The notes under the pieces: model-generated
What the model was told of the DNA's origin: nothing
Database searches by the model: none
What the model saw: only the letters and a program-made list of their open reading frames with translations
Part shown: piece after piece, positions 57,863 to 64,000 of the stretch
Layout of the letters: every line of letters starts with the position of its first letter
Position numbering within the stretch: the stretch's first letter is position 1
Position numbers and translations under genes: made by a program
Source of the DNA: an uncultured Candidatus Saccharibacteria bacterium
Lineage (GTDB): Bacteria > Patescibacteriota > Minisyncoccia > Phycocordibacterales > UBA5272
NCBI GenBank assembly: GCA_964391935.1
Contig: CAYMOA010000002.1
Span: 995 to 64,994, forward strand
Reading direction: 5' to 3'
DNA length: 64,000 nt

Positions 57863-58234
57863 ATGCAACCAAAGCTACCAAGTATTACAATTAAGATTTT
57901 AGAAAGTTATAAACTCTGGCACGAACTGAGGAAAACGCTTGAGAAGTTTAATAAATATTCTATTGGCTTAAAAATTGATAGTTTGTATGTTGAAATCATC
58001 GAAAGACTGTTCCAGGCTCAGTATATAAGTAAAGAGAAAAAAGTAGAAGTTTTGCAATTGGCTACAATCAAATTAGATACTTTGAAATTTTTTGTCTTCA
58101 CTCTACTAGAGATAAAAGGTACTAGTGAAGAAATATACCTAAAATTGAATGGCACATTAGAAGAAGTAGGGAAAATGCTTTACGGATGGAAACAGCAGGC
58201 ATTAAAACAAACTGAAACAAAAACTACCCAATAA
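57863..58234 (+). CDS. Accessory variability determinant (Avd-like four-helix-bundle protein)
   Basis: 123 aa, helical, basic. It sits between the RT and TR, which is the usual DGR position, but on the opposite strand. C-terminal EEVGKMLYGWKQ resembles the Avd/IVS-protein family. Confidence 0.55.
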   Translation: MQPKLPSITIKILESYKLWHELRKTLEKFNKYSIGLKIDSLYVEIIERLFQAQYISKEKKVEVLQLATIKLDTLKFFVFTLLEIKGTSEEIYLKLNGTLEEVGKMLYGWKQQALKQTETKTTQ

Positions 58235-58262
58235 AATTGAGTAGAAAATAAATAAGTGTCGT

Positions 58263-58394
58263 CTAGGGAGCAGGAGTACACGGTCATTCGAATTCACGTC
58301 ATTGTCTAGCCAATTACCGTTCGGTTTGAACTCCGACCCATTCCAGTTCACCATCGGCACATTACAGTTACCGTTGGAGTTCCGAAAAAGAGAT
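58263..58394 (-). repeat. DGR template repeat (TR), 132 nt
   Basis: 130/132 identical to the VR at 58726-58857. Both mismatches are A in TR on the coding strand versus G/C in VR, giving Asn AAC to His CAC and Asp GAC. Confidence 0.8.
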
Positions 58395-58719
58395 GTATAT
58401 AAAATTGTGAGTGTCACCACAGTCGTCGCCAACTGTTGAATTTATGTTAGTATCGTAATACTTAATCTTATACAGACTTTTGATTTTTTTGATCAAAAAC
58501 TTACACACGCTTTTTATAACTTCTTATGGCTATAAAAATTCTGGTTTTAAGTTTCTCGATGTGTATAGAAAATACTTTTACATATCTTCATATTCATACA
58601 CATATATTAATTATTAACCGAAATAAGATTTAATGCAAATAAAAAAAATTTTCGAGGGCTAGGACAAAGAACAAAAGACAAAGGATCAAAGGACAATTCA
58701 AATTTTTAAATCACAAAGA

Positions 58720-61131
58720 TCAACTTCTAGGGAGCAGGAGTACACGGTCATTCGAATTCACGTCATTGTCTAGCCAATTACCGTTCGGTTTGAACTCCGA
58801 CCCATTCCAGTTCACCATCGGCACATCACAGTTACCGTTGGAGTGCCGAAAAAGAGAAGATGGTGTGTAATACCAATTTCCATCTTTGATGTTCGCTAAG
58901 TTAGGATTATTGGGGTTTTCTTGGATCCACTTCCAATAATCTAGGCCTGGAATATAGTATTTTTTAGATAGAACTTTAGCGGTATATTCTACAAAATGGT
59001 ATCTTTTAATACTTGTAATGTTATTTTTCTTAGCCCAAGCTTGGAAGTCTTTATCTGTGTTGGGATTCATTATTTCTGGCTTCACTTTCTTAAATAAGTT
59101 TTCTAAGTCCTTAGGGGTTGGTTGATTTAAATGAGTGACTTCTCCTGCTTTGGATTGGTCGGCAGTAATTTTTGTTTTGAAATCGAAAGTGTCTAAAGCA
59201 AACTTTTCAACAGTTTTGGGTGGATAAGTCTGTGACCAACTCTTTTTAGCAGTCTTTATTAAAAAGTCTCGTTCAGCGTTTATTTGTGCTTCTGTTTTTT
59301 GCCCCTTAAAATTCTCTGTCCTCACAGGAGTTCCATTCTCAGCCTCTCCTTTTCGAGCTTCGTCCATTACTTCATCTACTTGTTTAGTGGCTTTTTGTTT
59401 TTTAAGTTCAAAAGGGTCTAGTTCTGATAATTGCTTTATATTCAAAACTTCGACTTTTTTAGAAGCTTTTAATTCTTGATCTTTAATTTCTGTCCAATTA
59501 GATACACTTAATTCTGATTCAGATATTTTTATTTTCTCATCTGTATTTAAAGTTCGAAGTAGCCCATGAGAAGCTAGGATTTTAGCCACAAACAACTTGT
59601 CCTCCTTGTACTCCCCAAAGTTTAATTCTGTTGCAAGTCTTTCATCCAAAAATTCTACAAAACTAATTTGCTTATCTTTTTTACTTACTACTTTCCAACC
59701 TTCTATAATATTCTCAATAGTTCTTTGGTTCATGACTAGCTTTTTAAGAGCTTTGACTTTACCCAGATCACCTACACCACTTAGAGTAGCAACTTCCTGA
59801 CTCATCACTCCGTTGTATCCATCTTGGATATCTTTCATAGCTTTCAGTAAATTTGGAACTGTTTCTTCCAGGTCATATCTTGAGAATTCTGCCTGACCTT
59901 TACTATCCACAATACGAGATAGGAAAATATCAAAAGCTTCTATCGGTTGAGTGTAATTAATTTCTAAATTGTTCTGTGCAAATTCGTTAGCAACTTCTGG
60001 CGGTAGATCATTTCTTTCTAAGTTCTTTTCAGTTTTTAAGTTAGCTGTGAAAATCAATTGAAATCCTATCTGAATTTTAATACTCCCATTACCAGGAATA
60101 GAAACAGTATCTCCTACTTTTGCATTCATAATTCCTTTAATCATAGACATCTGGTCTTTTGGTAAAGCAGTAAATTCATCAAAGATACAAACACTACCAT
60201 TTTGCATAGCACGAGCCAGCGGCCCGAAATCAAAAAATGTTTTAGAGGCTCCATCTTCAACGGAAATTCCAGTTCTTCCATAGATATTTGACTCTCTGGT
60301 TTGTGGATTACAATAAATTATTTCTGGATTCTTTCCAGTTAATTCTTTAGAAGCAAACCTCGCTAATGATGTTTTACCTGTTCCTGTTGGACCATGCAAA
60401 AACATAGGCTTACCAATAGTCATTCTAATTTTTATCTGCTCTAAATATTCTTGCACACTTTCAACTTGGGCAATATGTCCTTCTTTTTTTAAATCTTCAG
60501 AAAGAGACAACAAATATGCTGATCTGAATTCGATAGGGTTGCCAACTTCCAGAGTTTGGAGTTCTGTTTCAATCTTACCAATTTCGGTTCTAAGTTCTTC
60601 GTAGAATTTTTCACTTTCTGTATTTCCATTGCTTCGAAAATCCAAAAACACACGACTTGCCGTTTCTTCAAATTCTCGTAGAGCTTTTTGTAAATCTTGG
60701 ATTCTTAAAAAGAATTTATATTTATCTTCAAAAACCTCATTTTTTAAATACAGCTCTCTTTCTTTACTACGTTTTTCCTTGACAGCTCTTTTTGCATCTC
60801 CTAATGTTCTATATTTCTCTCCAAAGTCATCTACAGCTTCGTTATAGGCTTTCAGTACTTGAATCTGTCTATTTAAGTTCATCATTTTCACACTTGGAAC
60901 ACCTTTACTTTTTGCAGTTTCTCTTTGCAGTTCAGTCTCTAGAATTTCAATCTCCTCTTTTCGCACTTCTTTCATTCTTGTTTTTCTATCCGCATTACTG
61001 GAATCTTTCGATAGTTTCGGCTTTTTAGATCCTGTCTCTTTAGGACTAGAAAAATTTAATCCTAATTTACTCCAAAATGACTGTCGAGCAAATTTTCTCT
61101 GTGTTCTCAGTTTATCGAAGTTTTCTGCCAT
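58720..61131 (-). CDS. DGR target protein: MoxR-like AAA+ ATPase with long coiled-coil N-terminus and hypervariable Asn-rich C-terminal domain
   Basis: Walker A FLHGPTGTGKTSLARFA, Walker B VCIFDEF. 803 aa. The C-terminal 44 aa are encoded by the VR. Confidence 0.75.
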   Translation of the reverse strand: MAENFDKLRTQRKFARQSFWSKLGLNFSSPKETGSKKPKLSKDSSNADRKTRMKEVRKEEIEILETELQRETAKSKGVPSVKMMNLNRQIQVLKAYNEAVDDFGEKYRTLGDAKRAVKEKRSKERELYLKNEVFEDKYKFFLRIQDLQKALREFEETASRVFLDFRSNGNTESEKFYEELRTEIGKIETELQTLEVGNPIEFRSAYLLSLSEDLKKEGHIAQVESVQEYLEQIKIRMTIGKPMFLHGPTGTGKTSLARFASKELTGKNPEIIYCNPQTRESNIYGRTGISVEDGASKTFFDFGPLARAMQNGSVCIFDEFTALPKDQMSMIKGIMNAKVGDTVSIPGNGSIKIQIGFQLIFTANLKTEKNLERNDLPPEVANEFAQNNLEINYTQPIEAFDIFLSRIVDSKGQAEFSRYDLEETVPNLLKAMKDIQDGYNGVMSQEVATLSGVGDLGKVKALKKLVMNQRTIENIIEGWKVVSKKDKQISFVEFLDERLATELNFGEYKEDKLFVAKILASHGLLRTLNTDEKIKISESELSVSNWTEIKDQELKASKKVEVLNIKQLSELDPFELKKQKATKQVDEVMDEARKGEAENGTPVRTENFKGQKTEAQINAERDFLIKTAKKSWSQTYPPKTVEKFALDTFDFKTKITADQSKAGEVTHLNQPTPKDLENLFKKVKPEIMNPNTDKDFQAWAKKNNITSIKRYHFVEYTAKVLSKKYYIPGLDYWKWIQENPNNPNLANIKDGNWYYTPSSLFRHSNGNCDVPMVNWNGSEFKPNGNWLDNDVNSNDRVLLLPRS
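58726..58857 (-). repeat. DGR variable repeat (VR) at the 3' end of the AAA+ target gene
   Basis: Encodes the C-terminal FRHSNGNCDVPMVNWNGSEFKPNGNWLDNDVNSNDRVLLLPR of ORF 58720..61131. It differs from TR only at two adenine positions. Confidence 0.8.
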
Positions 61132-61436
61132 ATATTTTACAAACTTAGTATAGCAAAGAAAAGATTACTTGATGTGGTTAATGTTGAAAACTATTTAAAA
61201 CCACCAAATATTGAGATTTGCATTAAGCCAATCTTTTTGATAGAATTTTCTCACTAGTTTATCTAGAAAACAAAAAGCCAAGACTCTCTCCTGGCTTTTT
61301 GTTTTTTATTTGTTTACTACAGATTATTATTAGTGACGCTATGTCTAGTAGACTTGAACTGATAGGTCTCAACCGATAACGGAAAAACCATCTACGTCTT
61401 TTAAACACTAGCATTGACACCGATAATAAAATGTGT

Positions 61437-61524
61437 TGGCGGAAGCTGTGAGATTCGAACTCACGGAGAGTTGCCCCTCGCTTGTTTTCAAGACAAGTAC
61501 CTTAAACCACTCGGTCAAGCTTCC
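61437..61524 (-). tRNA. tRNA-Ser (anticodon TGA), CCA encoded
   Basis: Manual fold. Acceptor GGAAGCT/AGCTTCC with discriminator G and CCA. Anticodon stem CTTGT/ACAAG with loop CTTGAAA. Long variable arm GCGAGGGGCAACTCTCC. T-arm GTGAGTTCGAATCTCAC. Confidence 0.75.
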
Positions 61525-61535
61525 ATATTATAATT

Positions 61536-61994
61536 TCACTTTTCCCCATAATGCTCCTCACAGTGACAGTTTGGGCAAATGATTTCTAAATTTTCCAATC
61601 TATTATCTTTATTGTTTCTGTTTTTATGATGAACCTGAAGAATATCAAGACTTTTATACCCGCATCTCTCACATTTTTTCCCACGATCTTCAAATAATCT
61701 TATTTTCAAACTTTGAATAGTAAACACATTATCTCTCGGTCTTCCTACTTTATATTTTATTCCTTTGCGTAATTTATTTGAACAAATTCTAGAACAGGTT
61801 TTTTCATTCTTATTTGATAAAATTTGTTTTGCACAAATCAGACACTTGGTGTATTTTTTATTATTTTCTCCGTTGCACTGTAAGCTACAAAATAGAACTC
61901 CGTTACTTCTTTTAATTTGTGCAGGTCTTCTATAGATAGCTTTCCCGCAAACAAAACATTTTGTATTCGGTTTTCTTGTGTATGGCTCGGGCAT
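61536..61994 (-). CDS. HNH endonuclease with N-terminal Cys-rich zinc-finger-like repeats
   Basis: C-terminal HHKNRNNKDNRLENLEIICPNCH is an HNH motif. Multiple CxxC pairs lie upstream. Confidence 0.7.
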   Translation of the reverse strand: MPEPYTRKPNTKCFVCGKAIYRRPAQIKRSNGVLFCSLQCNGENNKKYTKCLICAKQILSNKNEKTCSRICSNKLRKGIKYKVGRPRDNVFTIQSLKIRLFEDRGKKCERCGYKSLDILQVHHKNRNNKDNRLENLEIICPNCHCEEHYGEK

Positions 61995-62015
61995 TAATCC
62001 AGTCTACCACATTCT

Positions 62016-62504
62016 CTAAAAAAACCGGAGAACTATTTGCTCTGTGAGGGACAATTCTTTTCTAGGATCCTCCTTCACAGATTTGCGAATTATATCATAA
62101 ACATCTTTTTTTTGCACCTCTCCTGGCATGTAAATAAATAGGTCAGGGCGAGCTGGACTTTTAAATGTAACCCGTAGATATCTCTCCCTTTCCCCAAAAA
62201 CTTCTTCAGAAAAAGAAAATGATAGAATATCAGAATATTGATAGTCTTTTTTGGCAAAATGAAAACCGTCTTGGTAAAAGCCAACGTGTACATTGCCAAA
62301 TTCATCCCCAATCTCCACCTCTTTTTCTAGAAATATAAAAATGGAAATAATTAAAACTATTAGGAAAAAAAGTAAATTACCAAAGAAAAAAGAAAAGAAA
62401 AGAGCGAAAGCTAGGAATGTTCCCAAATAAATTTGCCCTGCTGGGGCAAATTCTTTTTTAGGAATTGTGTATTCATAAAAATTTTGCACAGATTGTGGAT
62501 ACAT
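62016..62504 (-). CDS. Hypothetical membrane protein
   Basis: 162 aa, two TM helices near the N-terminus. Confidence 0.4.
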   Translation of the reverse strand: MYPQSVQNFYEYTIPKKEFAPAGQIYLGTFLAFALFFSFFFGNLLFFLIVLIISIFIFLEKEVEIGDEFGNVHVGFYQDGFHFAKKDYQYSDILSFSFSEEVFGERERYLRVTFKSPARPDLFIYMPGEVQKKDVYDIIRKSVKEDPRKELSLTEQIVLRFF

Positions 62505-62548
62505 ATTTTCTCTTAATTTCTATTCTACACTATTACCCCACTCTTCGT

Positions 62549-63196
62549 CTACTTTTTAGCTTCTTTTACCCCTGTTTGTAAAATCTTCATTTTTTCTTTC
62601 AAACTTCCTACAAATTGTTTTCTAAAAGTACTTTCATCTTGTACCAAGTCAGCTGTTTGCTCATCCACTTTTTTAGCTTCTGGAACTTTTATTTTTTCAC
62701 ACACATTTTCATTTAAATAGTTGGTAGTGCTCGCAACTGTTACGTCCAAGTCGTCATAGTAAATCTTTGCATCTTTAATATCATTTTTCATCTCACGGAA
62801 AATAACTCGGTCTTTTTTTTGTAGTCCCAAAAGTCCTTTTACAGAATCAAAGATATTTTCTCTGACAGAAACTTCAGAGTCGATAGTCTCCTCAACATTT
62901 TCTATTTTCTGTCTGGCGTCTGCACTGGCTGATTCTAGAGTTAATAAATTGTCGGAAGTCGCATCAAAATACTCACAAGAATCTTTTACCACATCAACAA
63001 CTGCCAAAGTTTCTGCTACATTGTCTGTAGAAGTTGCCTCTTCTTTCACTTCTCCAAAATTGAAGAAGTCAAAAGTTGGGAAACTGAGAGCCAAATCTTT
63101 ATTAGAAAAACCTGTCTCAGCATGTGCGAGAGAAGCAAAAGAAAAAACTGTCACTAGAATCAGTGTTGAAAAAGTTTTTTTAGAGATTGTTTTCAT
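62549..63196 (-). CDS. Hypothetical secreted protein
   Basis: 215 aa. N-terminal signal peptide MKTISKKTFSTLILVTVFSFASLAHA. Confidence 0.45.
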   Translation of the reverse strand: MKTISKKTFSTLILVTVFSFASLAHAETGFSNKDLALSFPTFDFFNFGEVKEEATSTDNVAETLAVVDVVKDSCEYFDATSDNLLTLESASADARQKIENVEETIDSEVSVRENIFDSVKGLLGLQKKDRVIFREMKNDIKDAKIYYDDLDVTVASTTNYLNENVCEKIKVPEAKKVDEQTADLVQDESTFRKQFVGSLKEKMKILQTGVKEAKK

Positions 63197-63482
63197 AGTC
63201 GAGTGTATCTATTTGATTGATAATTCTATTGTTAGAAGCTTCTATCTGAGCTAGGTCACTGTTAATTTTACTGGTCTCACCAATATAGAAAAAGAAAGCG
63301 AAAACAAAAGCCATTGCCGGAACAGCGAAAGCAATAGACAACGCTTTTTTGTAAATAAATGAGTAGGCAGGGAATCTAAACTCCGGAACCTCTACAGTTT
63401 CAAAACGCAAACTTTTTATTTGGTTTATTTCTACTGCGTATTCTTGCTCAAACTTTTCTAATTTATTATTTTTTTCAAACAT
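63180..63482 (-). CDS. Single-pass membrane protein, putative anti-sigma factor
   Basis: 100 aa, one TM helix. It starts 6 nt after the ECF sigma stop. The call is by position only. Confidence 0.35.
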   Translation of the reverse strand: MFEKNNKLEKFEQEYAVEINQIKSLRFETVEVPEFRFPAYSFIYKKALSIAFAVPAMAFVFAFFFYIGETSKINSDLAQIEASNNRIINQIDTLDYENNL

Positions 63483-63487
63483 ATTTT

Positions 63488-64000
63488 CTAATTTTGTTTA
63501 TTGGCGACCTTTTTTAAATTCTGCAGACCACGGGAAACTCTTTGGCGAATATTTTCTTCTGATGTTTTGTAAATCTTGGAAAGTTCTTTGTATTCCATTT
63601 CTTCCAAGAATCGAAGTATGAGCAGCTCCCTTTCTTCTTTTTTAAGTTGATTGAGTAGGTTTAGAACCTTTTGTCTTTGTTCACTTTTTTCGAAAGATTC
63701 CTCCGGAAGAGGAAGATCCCCAGCAAAGTCATCAAAGTCTCCTGCTTCCCCAAACTCATCGCTCTCGTTTTTATTTAAAAGATCGGTTTGGAGACGGAAC
63801 TTGGCACTTCTCCACTTATCAATCATTCGCTGTCTAGCAATGATGTAAAGGAAATTTTTAGCAGAAGCCTCGTCTGGTAAACCATCCTCACTATTAACCC
63901 AAGAGTTGTAAGCTTTTAAAAAAACATCTTGGACAATGTCTTTGACCTCGTCCAGGTCATTTATCCTCAAGCGAACAAACGAAAAAACCTTCCCGTAGAG
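63488..64000 (-). CDS. ECF-type sigma-70 family factor (5' end probably beyond window edge)
   Basis: Region 2 DIVQDVFLKAYNSW and region 4 ELSKIYKTSEENIRQRVSRGLQNLKK. The called start is a TTG, and the frame stays open to the window edge. Confidence 0.7.
   Translation of the reverse strand, partial: LYGKVFSFVRLRINDLDEVKDIVQDVFLKAYNSWVNSEDGLPDEASAKNFLYIIARQRMIDKWRSAKFRLQTDLLNKNESDEFGEAGDFDDFAGDLPLPEESFEKSEQRQKVLNLLNQLKKEERELLILRFLEEMEYKELSKIYKTSEENIRQRVSRGLQNLKKVANKQN

Noticed and set aside
58202-58432. 76-aa minus-strand ORF MATTVVTLTILYTSLFRNSNGNCNVPMVNW… between avd and the target gene
   Set aside because: It is the in-frame translation of the DGR template repeat and has no independent start context. 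It was called as TR (a non-coding template), not as a gene.
61437-61460. The 9-nt match tggcggaag between the tRNA-Ser 3' end and repeat element E4 (and near matches in E1/E3/E5/E6) as evidence that the elements are tRNA-derived att scars
   Set aside because: Similarity does not extend beyond 9 nt, and the flanking sequence is unrelated. It is most likely coincidental.

Overview
This is a low-GC (~33%) bacterial window. It is gene-dense, mostly minus-strand, and has many small hypothetical or DUF-type genes, which is consistent with an uncultivated, reduced-genome lineage (CPR/Patescibacteria-like; this is inference). The first ~24 kb is a housekeeping region with ruvX, pyrG, maf, bcp, rlmB, ABC transporters, a two-component system, a GT4 glycosyltransferase, a class IV aminotransferase, and a tRNA-Arg. 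The rest is accessory and holds four things worth a second look. (1) 24.9-33.6 kb: a unidirectional array of unrelated genes. Each unit is separated by a ~100-120 bp imperfect-palindromic intergenic element with termini TGCCGAAC...GTTCGGCA, which gives an integron attC/cassette-like organisation with no visible integron integrase. One cassette is a complete copper module (csoR, membrane proteins, Met-rich DUF305) with a CsoR-type operator. (2) 36.7-38.9 kb: a minimal CBASS-like pair (CD-NTase/SMODS plus SLATT-like TM effector) and a third unknown gene. A perfect palindrome GGTATCTGGATACC recurs three times at the starts of neighbouring units. (3) 39.6-54.8 kb: an island with two large serine recombinases plus two recombinase 5' remnants, an XRE/ImmA switch, a ParB-fused and a second DNA methyltransferase, and a Type III R-M system flanked by ~75 bp direct repeats. 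(4) 54.8-61.1 kb: a complete diversity-generating retroelement. It has an RT with the LGxxxSQ motif, an Avd on the opposite strand, and a 132-bp TR/VR pair that differs only at two adenine positions. Its variable repeat is the C-terminus of an 803-aa MoxR-like AAA+ ATPase that is co-located with a vWA-plus-zincin partner. This is a candidate hypervariable NTPase-based sensing/conflict system. tRNA-Ser(TGA) and an HNH endonuclease border the island.
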